The notes beneath the pieces are model-generated. The model saw only the letters and a list, made by a program, of their open reading frames with translations, searched no databases and had not been told where the DNA came from. A stretch of DNA of 43,813 nt from Chromatiales bacterium (GTDB lineage Bacteria > Pseudomonadota > Gammaproteobacteria > UBA6429 > Thiohalophilaceae): NCBI GenBank assembly GCA_024641465.1, contig JAHEDB010000001.1, forward strand, positions 1 through 43,813. Reading direction: 5' to 3'. Positions within the stretch are counted from its first letter, which is position 1; each line of letters starts with the position of its first letter. A program made the position numbers and the translations under genes. This document shows, one piece after another, positions 10,923 to 21,486 of this stretch.

Positions 10923-11393
10923 TTAGGGTTTTACGTACAGGTAACCTTTCTGCTGCAGGTGAGCAACCTGGGCTACACCTGATGGGATGATTTCAGCATG
11001 TTCATTGATTTTGTTCTTGTCGATCTTTTTGCCACGGATGGTGTTGGCGCAAATCTGAAACTTCACACCACGGTTAGCCAGGCCAGCAATCATGTCCTTG
11101 AAGTCATAGACTTTACCGGTCTTGGCATCTTTCTTACCCATTGCGCCGTCAACCAGTGCAAACGCACCTGAGCTGTGAGTTACCACGATAATTTCCGCGT
11201 TCTTGTCACCCAGGGCGTTGAGGTGGTTTTTCACGTTACGCAGAGCGCCAGTTGCAGTGTCAATGTCATTGATGTGATAAACGACCTTTTGTTTGTCGTA
11301 ACCATTTTCGGCAGTACCTGCCTGAGCCGTCGATACGCCCAGACCAATCACGGCCGCCAGTGCCAGAATACCCGCTTTGGTAAATTTCATCAT
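10923..11393 (-). CDS. DsrE/DsrF-like family protein with a cleavable signal peptide (predicted periplasmic)
   Basis: 156 aa with a GGAGGAG Shine-Dalgarno and signal peptide MMKFTKAGILALAAVIGLGVSTAQA. The core ...KVVYHINDID...IIVVTHSSGAF...KFQICANT... resembles the COG1416/DsrE-like fold with a conserved Cys. Confidence 0.7.
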   Translation of the reverse strand: MMKFTKAGILALAAVIGLGVSTAQAGTAENGYDKQKVVYHINDIDTATGALRNVKNHLNALGDKNAEIIVVTHSSGAFALVDGAMGKKDAKTGKVYDFKDMIAGLANRGVKFQICANTIRGKKIDKNKINEHAEIIPSGVAQVAHLQQKGYLYVKP

Positions 11394-11472
11394 GTTGTCT
11401 CCTCCTAGTGTTATAACAACTAATATACTTAAACTCGTGCTGTCTCCAACTACAAGTCTAGATACACATAGA

Positions 11473-11488
11473 GCAAGTTTTATTCCAA
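11473..11488 (-). promoter_or_regulatory. Candidate sigma-54 (-24/-12) promoter upstream of the DsrE-like gene
   Basis: The minus strand reads TTGGAATAAAACTTGCT. GG and GC have the exact consensus spacing of TGGCAC-N5-TTGCW, with the -12 GC about 80 nt upstream of the ATG. The -24 half deviates (AAT in place of CAC). Confidence 0.35.
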
Positions 11489-11614
11489 TATTTTCAGTAT
11501 TGATTTTTATTAATAAATTTCAGATAGTTAGCACATACTATCTTAGCGCAACTAACCCTAACATAGTGTTTGCTGTTGCATTTTGCAGACATTTTTATAT
11601 TAGCAAATCGTAAT

Positions 11615-12985
11615 TTACACCCACTCAGGTTCCGATTCGTAGCGGCGCAGTTTGCGCCACAAGGTGGTCTTATCGATGCCAAGCAGTTTGGCTGCTCGTG
11701 TCTTGCGTCCTTCACAGCAGCGCAACACATGACTGATATATTCCTGTTCAAGTTCGATGAGAGAAACAAACTCCTGCTCGGAAAATCTGACCGGTAATGA
11801 TGTCTGTGGTATTCCATCGCCCTGACCGGACCATTGCAAGACAGGACCATCAGCAAGAATCACGCAACGTTCTACATTATTGCGAAGTTCCCGTATATTT
11901 CCCTTCCATTCAGCGGCACACAGACGCTTCATGGAGATCGAATCAAAACCACTGACATTACGATTGTATGTTTCGGTAAAGTCTTTCACAAAGTGTTCCA
12001 CAAGGGCCGGGATGTCATCTCTTCGTTCAGACAAGGAAGGTACATGCAGATTGACAACGTTGAGGCGATGATAAAAATCGTGGCGTATTTCACCTTTGTC
12101 TACCAGTGATTCCAGATCACGATTACTCGCTGCAACGACTCGCAGGTCAATAGGAACCGACTGGGTCCCGCCTACTCGCATAACGTGCTTCTGTTCGATT
12201 GCCCGCATCAGTTTAACCTGCATATTATCGGAGATATTACAGATCTCATCCAGAAACAGGGTGCCGCCACTGGCCTGTTCCATGAGCCCGGATTTACGCT
12301 GAGTCGCACCGGTAAAGGCGCCCTTTTCATGGCCAAATAATTCACTCTCAAGCAAGGTATCACTCAAGGCGCCACAGTCGATAGCGACAAACGGGGCATC
12401 TTTCCTTGGGCTATAGTCATGCAGGGCGCGTGCAACCAGTTCCTTACCTGTACCTGATTCTCCATTGATGATGGCGCAACAATTGACTTCTGCGACCTTT
12501 TCAATGGTGGAAAACAGACTGCGCATGGCGGGAGTATCACCGATCATGCCATAGCGATGACGCTTAGTACTCAAACGCCGCTTGAGCAGCTTGTTTTCAT
12601 TTTTCAGTTTTAATGACTGAATGGTTCGATCAATCATCAGCTTCAGTTCCTGAAAATCAAACGGTTTTTTAATAAAGTCTGTTGCACCGCGTTTCATGGC
12701 CTCAACGGCATTCTCAACCGACGAATATCCTGTCATGACCAGAACGGGTATTTCGGCATCAATTTCACGCAATTTACTCAGCAGATCAAAACCATTCATC
12801 CCCGGCATACGTAAATCGGTAATCACCAGATCAGCGGGTTGTTCGCGGAATTCATTCAGACATGCCTCGGCACTATCAAATACCTTACAGCTATATTTTG
12901 CACTGTCACAGTTACGTTGCATAACACTACCTGTGACTTCGTCATCATCGACGAACATGATATTTATTTGGCTATTAATTGACAT
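11615..12985 (-). CDS. Sigma-54-dependent response regulator (NtrC/Fis family)
   Basis: 456 aa. Receiver domain (DDDE...D), AAA+ domain with Walker A GESGTGKE and the GAFTGA sigma-54 contact motif, and a C-terminal Fis-type HTH (AAKLLGIDKTTLWRKLRRY). Confidence 0.92.
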   Translation of the reverse strand: MSINSQINIMFVDDDEVTGSVMQRNCDSAKYSCKVFDSAEACLNEFREQPADLVITDLRMPGMNGFDLLSKLREIDAEIPVLVMTGYSSVENAVEAMKRGATDFIKKPFDFQELKLMIDRTIQSLKLKNENKLLKRRLSTKRHRYGMIGDTPAMRSLFSTIEKVAEVNCCAIINGESGTGKELVARALHDYSPRKDAPFVAIDCGALSDTLLESELFGHEKGAFTGATQRKSGLMEQASGGTLFLDEICNISDNMQVKLMRAIEQKHVMRVGGTQSVPIDLRVVAASNRDLESLVDKGEIRHDFYHRLNVVNLHVPSLSERRDDIPALVEHFVKDFTETYNRNVSGFDSISMKRLCAAEWKGNIRELRNNVERCVILADGPVLQWSGQGDGIPQTSLPVRFSEQEFVSLIELEQEYISHVLRCCEGRKTRAAKLLGIDKTTLWRKLRRYESEPEWV

Positions 12986-14951
12986 CCGCTACCTCCAGTA
13001 ACAAATCATCTTTAACTATTTCCTTTATCTCGGTGGGTAATTCGATATGAACGAGTACACCACCGTCGTTGTTATTCTCTACGGCTATCTTGCCGCCATG
13101 ATGTTTGATAATTCCATAACTCACGGATAGCCCCAGACCCGTGCCCTCACCTTCCGACTTGGTGGTAAAAAACGGGTCAAAAATATGTGTCAGATCAGCT
13201 TCATCTATCCCCATGCCAGAATCGATTATCTGTAGATGAAGGGCATTTTCTGTTTGCCAGCCCTTTATGGTGATCTGCTCATTTGAACGTGATGCCTGTA
13301 TGGCGTTTAACAGAATATTGACTAATACCTGTTGTAATTGGTTGGCATCGCCAGACATGGTCAAAGGCCCATCAATTTTCATTTCCAATTTTATCGATGC
13401 GGCGTCGAGACGGTGTTTGACGAGCCTGACAGTCTCATATACCAGGTCGCTCATATCAAACTGCTCGTAGCTTGGTTTACTCTCCCTGGCAAAACTCAAA
13501 ATACCCTGCACTATCCTCGCACACCGATGACCTTCCTTCTGCAGCAGTTTAATATCGTTGTCTACAGACAGATTCTTGTCTTTTACTTCATTTTCGATGA
13601 GCGCGGCCAGTGACATGATATTCATCAATGGGTTATTTATTTCATGACCGATACCCGCAGCCAGTTGACCAACCGAGGCAAGACGATCGGATTGGCACGC
13701 CAGCCGTTCGGCCTTGTCACGCTCCCGCTCGGTATGTTCCAGCTTTTCTTTAAGGTAATTAAAGGCTTTACCGGCTAACCCGATTTCATCACGTCGTCTG
13801 TCTGAGTAGTCGACCTTATCATCACCATCCGCATATCGGGTGATGATATCCGCCAGTTCGTGTACCGGCTTGGCCAGTCTGCCCGAGGCCCAAATTGCCA
13901 CCAGCAGGCTCACCAGCACCAGCAGACCAAGGATCACCCAGATCGAATGGCGCATGCCGTTGATCTCTGACAATAAGATCTGACTGTCGGCATCAACGAT
14001 GAGTAACCATTGAGTCGGCCGGTTTTTAAACGGTGAAATTTTTTGATAAAACAACATCCGCCCGTCAGCCAGATACAGGGCGCCTTTGGAACTGGTGTTC
14101 TTGATGTATTGCCACTGTACAGCGTTAACTTCTTTGGTAAATCGATATTCGGAATTTAGCTGATCGGCAAAGCGCCGTCGTGTATCAGCGTGATACAGGT
14201 AAATGCCTTCACGGTGTGGATCTCCACTCAATTCGACAATATAGGTCTTACCCGGATAGCCTCGCAATGAGGTCTGCATCGTGGCATCGAGGCGAGAACC
14301 CCAGATATTCACCACCAGGAAACCTTCCAGTCTGTCCACTTCGTCGCGCAGCATGACGGTATAACGCACCATGGCGGGACAGAAATCCGTATCACGGCCT
14401 ACCTGGCCCAATTCAAAGTCAGACATGTTCACTTCCTGCTGACTGTTGAGGGCCTCTTTGAAAAAGCGTTTATCGGATTGATCGGCAATGAACAAACGGC
14501 CGGGAATATTGTCTGCCATTTTAGGCTCAATTGGCTTGCCCTCCTTGACCTTGACGAGGGTCTTACCCGTCGGATCTATAAAACGCAAAGCTTGTATGCT
14601 GGGTACAGCATGCTGGTAATTGAGAAAAAACTGTTCCAGCTCATCGGCATGTTGCTGATAGATTTTGCTATTGAAACTACCATGACTCATGGCTGAAACC
14701 GAGGCGGCGAAGTGTTTTACTGACGGTACCTTTGCCAGCCCCTTGGCAACTGACTCCTGGCTGTTGAGAATCAGTTTTAGTTCTTCCGCCATCCTGTCCA
14801 GGCCGGCCAATAATTCAACTTCAGTGCGATTTCGCACCTCACGTTCCATTTTGTCGACCACACCAAACAATAAAACCAATAAGGGAATACCGGTCATCAG
14901 TGCAAGGACTAGAAAGATTTTTTGTTGGAGTTGCATGCTGCAAAATGCCAC
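12975..14951 (-). CDS. Sensor histidine kinase (two TM helices, ~300-aa periplasmic sensor domain, HAMP, HisKA, HATPase)
   Basis: 658 aa with H-box AAGIGHEINNPL, N-box LLNAIQA and G-boxes DSGMGI / GTGLGLSV. Overlaps the regulator gene by 11 nt. The ORF-track start at 14951 is GTG; an alternative ATG lies at 14936. Confidence 0.88.
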   Translation of the reverse strand: MAFCSMQLQQKIFLVLALMTGIPLLVLLFGVVDKMEREVRNRTEVELLAGLDRMAEELKLILNSQESVAKGLAKVPSVKHFAASVSAMSHGSFNSKIYQQHADELEQFFLNYQHAVPSIQALRFIDPTGKTLVKVKEGKPIEPKMADNIPGRLFIADQSDKRFFKEALNSQQEVNMSDFELGQVGRDTDFCPAMVRYTVMLRDEVDRLEGFLVVNIWGSRLDATMQTSLRGYPGKTYIVELSGDPHREGIYLYHADTRRRFADQLNSEYRFTKEVNAVQWQYIKNTSSKGALYLADGRMLFYQKISPFKNRPTQWLLIVDADSQILLSEINGMRHSIWVILGLLVLVSLLVAIWASGRLAKPVHELADIITRYADGDDKVDYSDRRRDEIGLAGKAFNYLKEKLEHTERERDKAERLACQSDRLASVGQLAAGIGHEINNPLMNIMSLAALIENEVKDKNLSVDNDIKLLQKEGHRCARIVQGILSFARESKPSYEQFDMSDLVYETVRLVKHRLDAASIKLEMKIDGPLTMSGDANQLQQVLVNILLNAIQASRSNEQITIKGWQTENALHLQIIDSGMGIDEADLTHIFDPFFTTKSEGEGTGLGLSVSYGIIKHHGGKIAVENNNDGGVLVHIELPTEIKEIVKDDLLLEVADVN

Positions 14952-15059
14952 TAAAGTTGCAAGTTGCAGAATATTAGCATGACTCCACTAGCAGAGACAA
15001 ATAAAATGTATACTAATATAAATATTAGTTATCGCTAATATAGACGTATCAAGTTGTGT

Positions 15060-16505
15060 TTAGTGGTGTGTCATGGCGGTGATACAGAGGGCCATTAAGC
15101 CCCCCGGCAACAGCCCCATCCCCAGGACCAATAGACTATTCGCACTCAGGGCGACTTTGAGGTCGATATCGGCAGAAATGGCCTGTGTGTCTTCGGGTTT
15201 GTCAAAGTACATCAGCTTGATGATGCGCAGGTAATAGTAGGCACCAATGATCGAAAAGATTACCGCCACAATTGCCAGCCAGAGCAAATTACCCGTCGCC
15301 ACGACTTCTTTGAGAACGGATAACTTGGCCCAGAATCCAAGGAATGGGGGTACACCCGCCATAGAGAACATAAAGATCAGCATCATAAATGCAGCCCATG
15401 GGCTACGGTCATTTAGCCCTTTGTAGTCAGCGAGGTTATCTGCCTCAAAACCTTTACGGCTCAACAGGACAATCATTCCAAAACCACCGAGGCTCATCAG
15501 GGCATAGGAGAGGGCATAAAACATCGAGGCGGCAAAACCGGTTTGCTGACCGGTCAAGACACCCAGCATCAGAAAACCGACATGCGATATACCGGAATAG
15601 GCCAGCATACGCTTTAGATTGCCCTGGGCAATGGCAACGATATTACCTATCCCCATGGAGGCAATCGCCAGGATGATCAGGATATCCTGCCAATGCGGCT
15701 GTAGCACCAGCAAACCATCCACCAACAAGCGCATCAACATAGCAAAAGCAGCAATCTTCGGTGCACTGGCGATGTACAGCGTTACCGAGGTCGGTGCACC
15801 GTGATAAACATCCGGAACCCACATGTGGAAAGGTACCGCACCTAGTTTGAAAGCCACCCCCACGATCATGAATACCATACCAAAGACCATTAATGGTTGA
15901 TTTGCGACCGCAGCCGCCTTATGGCTGATCTCACCCAGATCCAGGCTGCCGGTGACGCCATAGATCATGGACATCCCATACAGCAGCATCCCGGAGGCAA
16001 TCGCACCCAGCACAAAATATTTCATCGCCGCTTCTGAGGCAGTCTCGGAATCACGTTGCATGGCCACCATGGCATACATTGACAGGGACAACAATTCCAG
16101 ACCCAGATACACGGTCAGCATATTATGGGCCGAGATCAGGATCATCATGCCCAGCACGCCAAACAGCCCCAGCACGTAAAACTCACCCTTGAACATTTCC
16201 CGCTGGCGAAGATAGTCCTTGGCGTACAGGAAGACGATAAATACGGCTACATAAACCCCCATCTTCAACACATCTGACATGGCATCGCGGATGAAAGTAT
16301 TATTGAAGGTGAACTGTGTTTCACCACCGGTAAAAGTACTCAGTGTCAGAATAAAGACAATCAACAAAGAGGCCTGAGATAATAGATAGGTGACGATTCG
16401 GTTATGTTGTTCTACGAACAGATCAACCACGAGGATTAAACAGGCCAGTCCAAGCAGGGTAATCTCGGGGATGGCAGGTATAATGTTGGGTGCGACTAAA
16501 TTCAT
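15060..16505 (-). CDS. nuoN: NADH-quinone oxidoreductase subunit N
   Basis: 481-aa polytopic antiporter-like subunit (ND2 family); last gene of the nuoA-N order. Confidence 0.93.
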   Translation of the reverse strand: MNLVAPNIIPAIPEITLLGLACLILVVDLFVEQHNRIVTYLLSQASLLIVFILTLSTFTGGETQFTFNNTFIRDAMSDVLKMGVYVAVFIVFLYAKDYLRQREMFKGEFYVLGLFGVLGMMILISAHNMLTVYLGLELLSLSMYAMVAMQRDSETASEAAMKYFVLGAIASGMLLYGMSMIYGVTGSLDLGEISHKAAAVANQPLMVFGMVFMIVGVAFKLGAVPFHMWVPDVYHGAPTSVTLYIASAPKIAAFAMLMRLLVDGLLVLQPHWQDILIILAIASMGIGNIVAIAQGNLKRMLAYSGISHVGFLMLGVLTGQQTGFAASMFYALSYALMSLGGFGMIVLLSRKGFEADNLADYKGLNDRSPWAAFMMLIFMFSMAGVPPFLGFWAKLSVLKEVVATGNLLWLAIVAVIFSIIGAYYYLRIIKLMYFDKPEDTQAISADIDLKVALSANSLLVLGMGLLPGGLMALCITAMTHH

Positions 16506-16530
16506 TCAGGCTGACCTTATCTAAGTAACT

Positions 16531-18048
16531 CTATAATTTGCTCTGCGTCATGTGTGCCACCAGATTGACCACACTGGCGTCCATCACTTGCAGCAAGGGT
16601 GCCGGCCATATACCGAACAACAACACCATAAACGCGAGGATGGCCAGAAACATAAATTCGCGGCGGTTGATATCCTGCAGTTTGGCAACACCATCGTTGG
16701 TCACGTCACCGAAAATAACCCGTTTGACCATCCACAGCGTATAGGCAGCACCGATAATCAAGGTGGTAGCCGCCAGGAATGCAAACCAGAAATTGGCCTT
16801 GAAACTGCTCAGGATCACCATGAACTCACCGACAAAGCCCGAGGTGCCAGGCAGGCCGGTATTGGCCATCGCGAATAACACCATGAACGCGGCAAACACC
16901 GGCATGGTATTCACGACACCGCCATAGTCCTTGATCATACGGCTGTGCATACGGTCATACATGACCCCTACGCACAGGAACAAGGCGCCGGAGATAAAGC
17001 CATGGGAAATCATTTGCACCATGCCGCCTTCGATGCCCATCACCACACCCTTGTACTCACCGGTGTTGGCGTAGATCCGCCAGGCGATAAAAAAGCCCAG
17101 CGTGACAAATCCCATGTGTGCGATCGAAGAATAAGCAATCAGTTTCTTCATATCCTGCTGTATCAGTGCCACAAAACCGATGTAGACCACGGCGATGAGT
17201 GATAGACCAATCATCAACCAGTCGAGTGAATGACTGGCGTCGGGGGTGATCGGCAGTGAAAAACGCAGGAAACCATAGGCACCGAGCTTCAGCATGATGG
17301 CCGCCAGAATGACCGAACCACCAGTCGGCGCTTCTACGTGGGCATCTGGCAACCAGGTATGCACCGGCCACATCGGGACCTTGACGGCAAAGGCAAGCAA
17401 AAAGGCGATGAATACCAGGGTCTGCGGACCCAGGCCAAACTTATATTGATGATACGCCAGGATCTCGAAACTGCCCGTCTTGAAGTACAGATACAGCAAG
17501 GCGATCAGCATGAAGACCGATCCAAAGAAGGTATACAGGAAAAACTTGATAGTGGCGTATACCCGGTTTGGACCGCCCCATACCCCGATAATAATAAACA
17601 TGGGGATCAGCATGGCTTCCCAGAAGACATAAAACAGGGCGGCATCCAGGGCGGCAAACACACCATTCATCAGACCTTCCATGATGAGGAAGGCAGCCAT
17701 ATATTGCGACTGTTTGAACTTGATCACTTCCCAACCGGCAACAATCACAATCACCGTCATAAAGGTCGTCAGTAAAATCAGTGGCATGGAAATGCCGTCA
17801 ACGCCCAGGTGATAGTTGATATTGAAGGCGCTGATCCAGCGGGTGTTTTCCTGAAACTGCATCAGGTGCGTTCCAAGATGGAAATCGCTATATAGCGGGA
17901 TAGACAGGATAAACGTCAGAATGGCCACCAGCAGCGACAAACCACGGGCCTGCATCGGGCGCGACTCGTTTGCTGTCGCCAATACGGCTATACCGCCGAT
18001 AATCGGTAACCAGATAACCAGGCTTAAAATTGGCCAATCAACAAACAT
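16531..18048 (-). CDS. nuoM: NADH-quinone oxidoreductase subunit M
   Basis: 505-aa antiporter-like subunit (ND4 family), positioned between nuoL and nuoN. Confidence 0.93.
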   Translation of the reverse strand: MFVDWPILSLVIWLPIIGGIAVLATANESRPMQARGLSLLVAILTFILSIPLYSDFHLGTHLMQFQENTRWISAFNINYHLGVDGISMPLILLTTFMTVIVIVAGWEVIKFKQSQYMAAFLIMEGLMNGVFAALDAALFYVFWEAMLIPMFIIIGVWGGPNRVYATIKFFLYTFFGSVFMLIALLYLYFKTGSFEILAYHQYKFGLGPQTLVFIAFLLAFAVKVPMWPVHTWLPDAHVEAPTGGSVILAAIMLKLGAYGFLRFSLPITPDASHSLDWLMIGLSLIAVVYIGFVALIQQDMKKLIAYSSIAHMGFVTLGFFIAWRIYANTGEYKGVVMGIEGGMVQMISHGFISGALFLCVGVMYDRMHSRMIKDYGGVVNTMPVFAAFMVLFAMANTGLPGTSGFVGEFMVILSSFKANFWFAFLAATTLIIGAAYTLWMVKRVIFGDVTNDGVAKLQDINRREFMFLAILAFMVLLFGIWPAPLLQVMDASVVNLVAHMTQSKL

Positions 18049-18069
18049 TGAGTTTACCTTTTCTTAAAA

Positions 18070-20034
18070 TTAACGTAGTACAAATACAGCCAACAGGAAC
18101 ATCAGTCCAAAGATCATCGCAAAGGCATAGTTGTAGAGAAACCCGGTCTGTATACGCCGGACAATGCCGGAAATTATACCCACGGTTCTGGCGGTACCAT
18201 TAATGATGACGCCATCAATGACCCGCACATCCCCATTCTGCCATAACACTTTACCTAACAGACGGCTACCACCGGCAAACACAATTTCATTAAACCTGTC
18301 TGCATAGTATTTATTATCCAGCACCTGATGCACAAACCTCAGCTTTTCCTGGATGATATTTGGAATATCGGGCCGCTTCATATACAGGAACCAGGCCAGC
18401 GCCACACCGGCCGCCGCAAACCAGAATGGCAGAGTCAACAGCGAATGGAACATCATGCTAAATGGACCGTGGTATTCCTCGGCCAGGGCTCCCAGTACAT
18501 CGTGTTTCGGCAAAACGGTGATGGCCCCTTCAAAGAAATCACCAAAGGCCATATCACCGACATAGATGAAACCAATAATAACGGAGGGAATCGCCAGCAG
18601 GATCAGTGGTATGGTGACGACCCACGGTGTTTCATGCAGGTGTGAACGGGTATGTTCATCCATCCTTTCCTTGCCATGGAACACCAGGAAGTACATACGG
18701 AAACTGTACAGTGCGGTGATAAATACCCCGCTCAATACCGCCGCATAGGCAAACCCTGCACCTGGTATGTGAGAATGACCGACCGCTTCAATAATCGAAT
18801 CCTTGGAATAAAATCCGGCAAACCCAGGTGTGCCGATCAGGGCCAATGAACCGATCAGAGACGTGATCCAGGTGATCGGCATGTACTTGCGCAGACCGCC
18901 CATCTTGCGCATATCCTGCTCGTGGTGCATAGCGATGATCACCGAACCCGCGCCGAGGAACAGCAGCGCCTTGAAGAAGGCGTGGGTCATAAGATGGAAA
19001 ATTCCGGCCGCATAGGCCGAGGCCCCCAGGGCCACGGTCATGTAACCCAACTGTGAAAGCGTTGAATAGGCCACGACGCGCTTGATATCGTTTTGCACCA
19101 GCCCCAACAGGCCCATAAAGAAGGCGGTAATCGCGCCAATGATGATCACCACACTCAGCGCCGTTTCGGATAATTCGAACAAGGGCGACATTCTGGCCAC
19201 CATATAGATACCTGCCGTCACCATGGTCGCGGCGTGGATCAGGGCCGAGATCGGTGTCGGGCCTTCCATGGAATCAGGCAGCCAGACATGCAGAGGGACC
19301 TGGGCCGATTTACCCATGGCGCCGATGAACAGGCTGATACAGATCAGGCTCAGCACCGACCAGTCGCTGCCGGGAAATACCTGTATGGTCTTGCCCACCA
19401 CCGGCCCGGTATTGGCAAAGACTGTTGCATAATCCAGGGTACCGAAGTACATCAATACCCCGGCAATACCCAGCAGGAAGCCAAAGTCCCCAACGCGATT
19501 GACCAGGAAGGCCTTCATATTGGCGTAGATCGCCGATTCCTTCTTAAACCAGAAACCGATCAACAGATAGGAGATCAGGCCGACGGCCTCCCAGCCAAAG
19601 AACAACTGCATGAAGTTGTTGGACATCACCAGCATCAACATGGAGAAGGTAAACAGGGCGATATAGCTGAAGAAGCGCTGATAGCCTGGGTCATCATGCA
19701 TATAACCGATGGTATAGATATGCACCATCAGTGAAACAAAGGTCACCACGACCATCATCATGGCCGACAGTTTATCGATCAGGAAGCCAACCTCAAACCG
19801 GACACCGTCACTCACCAGCCAGGTGTAAACCGTACCGTTAAACGGTTTCGCTCCATCGATCACCATATGTTTAAAGACTATCATCGACAGGATACAGGCA
19901 ACGGCCACACCGATAATGGTTGCCCAGTGAGCACCGGCCCGTCCAACCTTCTTGCCAAACAAGCCGGCAATGATCGAGCCGATCAACGGCGCCAGTACGA
20001 TCCAGATATAAATGGTCTGCATATTATCCGGCAT
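18070..20034 (-). CDS. nuoL: NADH-quinone oxidoreductase subunit L
   Basis: 654-aa antiporter-like subunit (ND5 family) with a C-terminal extension. Confidence 0.93.
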   Translation of the reverse strand: MPDNMQTIYIWIVLAPLIGSIIAGLFGKKVGRAGAHWATIIGVAVACILSMIVFKHMVIDGAKPFNGTVYTWLVSDGVRFEVGFLIDKLSAMMMVVVTFVSLMVHIYTIGYMHDDPGYQRFFSYIALFTFSMLMLVMSNNFMQLFFGWEAVGLISYLLIGFWFKKESAIYANMKAFLVNRVGDFGFLLGIAGVLMYFGTLDYATVFANTGPVVGKTIQVFPGSDWSVLSLICISLFIGAMGKSAQVPLHVWLPDSMEGPTPISALIHAATMVTAGIYMVARMSPLFELSETALSVVIIIGAITAFFMGLLGLVQNDIKRVVAYSTLSQLGYMTVALGASAYAAGIFHLMTHAFFKALLFLGAGSVIIAMHHEQDMRKMGGLRKYMPITWITSLIGSLALIGTPGFAGFYSKDSIIEAVGHSHIPGAGFAYAAVLSGVFITALYSFRMYFLVFHGKERMDEHTRSHLHETPWVVTIPLILLAIPSVIIGFIYVGDMAFGDFFEGAITVLPKHDVLGALAEEYHGPFSMMFHSLLTLPFWFAAAGVALAWFLYMKRPDIPNIIQEKLRFVHQVLDNKYYADRFNEIVFAGGSRLLGKVLWQNGDVRVIDGVIINGTARTVGIISGIVRRIQTGFLYNYAFAMIFGLMFLLAVFVLR

Positions 20035-20037
20035 GTT

Positions 20038-20343
20038 TTATCCTTTCAGGGTATCCAGGTCGTCAACATTGATAGTGCGTTTGCTGCGGAACAGCACCAC
20101 CAGAATCGCCAGGCCGATGGCTGCCTCGGCAGCGGCTACAGTCAGAATGAAAAATACAAACACCTGTCCTGCGGTATCACCCAGATAATGGGAGAAGGCG
20201 ATAAAGTTCATGTTCACGGCCAACAGCATCAGTTCAATGGCCATCAATAGAATGATCACGTTCTTTCTATTCAGAAAGATACCCGCCACGCTCAGGCAAA
20301 ACAGGATTGCCCCGAGTATGAGGAATTCAGAAAGTGCTATCAT
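20038..20343 (-). CDS. nuoK: NADH-quinone oxidoreductase subunit K
   Basis: 101 aa, three TM helices (ND4L family). Confidence 0.93.
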   Translation of the reverse strand: MIALSEFLILGAILFCLSVAGIFLNRKNVIILLMAIELMLLAVNMNFIAFSHYLGDTAGQVFVFFILTVAAAEAAIGLAILVVLFRSKRTINVDDLDTLKG

Positions 20344-20357
20344 ATTCTTGTCATCCC

Positions 20358-20963
20358 CTATTTCTTTTGCTCGGCATTCATCGAAACCAGACGGACACGG
20401 TCATCGCGTTTAACGGCAATCTGCTCTTCGGGTTTCTGGTATTTGGTTGTCGGGCGGCGACGCAGGGTCAGCGCAATCGCTGCCACAATGGCCACCAGCA
20501 GAATCACCGCTGCAATCTCAAACGGATAGACATATTTGGTATACAGCACCAGTCCCAGTTCACGGGTATTGTTATAGTTGGCCACATGCCTAACAGGTTC
20601 GGCAAATTTTGCCAGACCGAAATTTTTTGAACCAACCATACTGATCAGCATACCGGCCATAACAACCGCGATAACCGCCCCAAATGGCAGATAGCGGATA
20701 AAACCTTCCCGTAATCTGGCAATATTGATATCCAGCATCATCACCACGAACAGAAACAGCACCATCACCGCACCGACATAAACCAGCACCAGGGCGATGG
20801 CCAGAAACTCTGCTTCCAGAATCATCCAGATAATTGCGCTGCTGAAAAAGGTCAATACCAGGAACAGCGCTGCCTGCACCGGGTTTCGCACAGTAATCAC
20901 CATGGTGGCACTGGCAACCATCACCAGTGCAAAAAAATAAAATACGAATTTTTCAATACCCAT
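20358..20963 (-). CDS. nuoJ: NADH-quinone oxidoreductase subunit J
   Basis: ND6 family (...[18 protein letters not shown]...). The ORF-track start at 20975 is TTG. The ATG at 20963 ([11 protein letters not shown]...) aligns better with E. coli NuoJ. Confidence 0.9.
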   Translation of the reverse strand: MGIEKFVFYFFALVMVASATMVITVRNPVQAALFLVLTFFSSAIIWMILEAEFLAIALVLVYVGAVMVLFLFVVMMLDINIARLREGFIRYLPFGAVIAVVMAGMLISMVGSKNFGLAKFAEPVRHVANYNNTRELGLVLYTKYVYPFEIAAVILLVAIVAAIALTLRRRPTTKYQKPEEQIAVKRDDRVRLVSMNAEQKK

Positions 20964-20980
20964 AAAATCATTCAACCTGT

Positions 20981-21469
20981 TTAGCGATATGCCGCATCCT
21001 GTTTACGAGCCGCGGCGATTTGCGCCTCATATTTATCACCCACTGCCAGCAGCTTTTCCTTGGTCATATACAGATCACCGCGCTCTTCACCGTGATACTC
21101 AAAAATATGTGTCTCAACAATCGAATCGACCGGGCAGGACTCTTCACAGTAGCCGCAGAAGATACACTTTGTCAGGTCGATATCATAGCGGGTGGTCCGG
21201 CGTGTGCCGTCAGCACGCTGCTCGGATTCGATAGTTATCGCCAGTGCCGGGCAAACAGCCTCACATAATTTGCAGGCGATACACCGCTCTTCACCGTTCG
21301 GATAACGACGCAAGGCGTGCAGGCCGCGAAAACGATTCGATAACGGGGTCTTGTCTTCTGGATATTGCTGGGTGACCTTGCGAGCAAACAGGTGTCGGCC
21401 GGTCACGGCCATGCCCTGCCTCATTTCGGAAAGCAACAAACTCTTTAAATAACGGATAATGCCATTCAT
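20981..21469 (-). CDS. nuoI: NADH-quinone oxidoreductase subunit I
   Basis: 162 aa from the ATG at 21469. Two 4Fe-4S ferredoxin motifs, [12 protein letters not shown] and [12 protein letters not shown]. Confidence 0.95.
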   Translation of the reverse strand: MNGIIRYLKSLLLSEMRQGMAVTGRHLFARKVTQQYPEDKTPLSNRFRGLHALRRYPNGEERCIACKLCEAVCPALAITIESEQRADGTRRTTRYDIDLTKCIFCGYCEESCPVDSIVETHIFEYHGEERGDLYMTKEKLLAVGDKYEAQIAAARKQDAAYR

Positions 21470-21486
21470 AATTACTCGTGTGCCCC

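Noticed and set aside
14958-15030. Direct repeat agttgca-agttgca and AT-rich inverted repeat ctaatat-aa-atattag between nuoN and the kinase gene
   Set aside because: They are short, AT-rich and of the kind expected by chance in a promoter-like spacer. No matching motif occurs elsewhere in the window.
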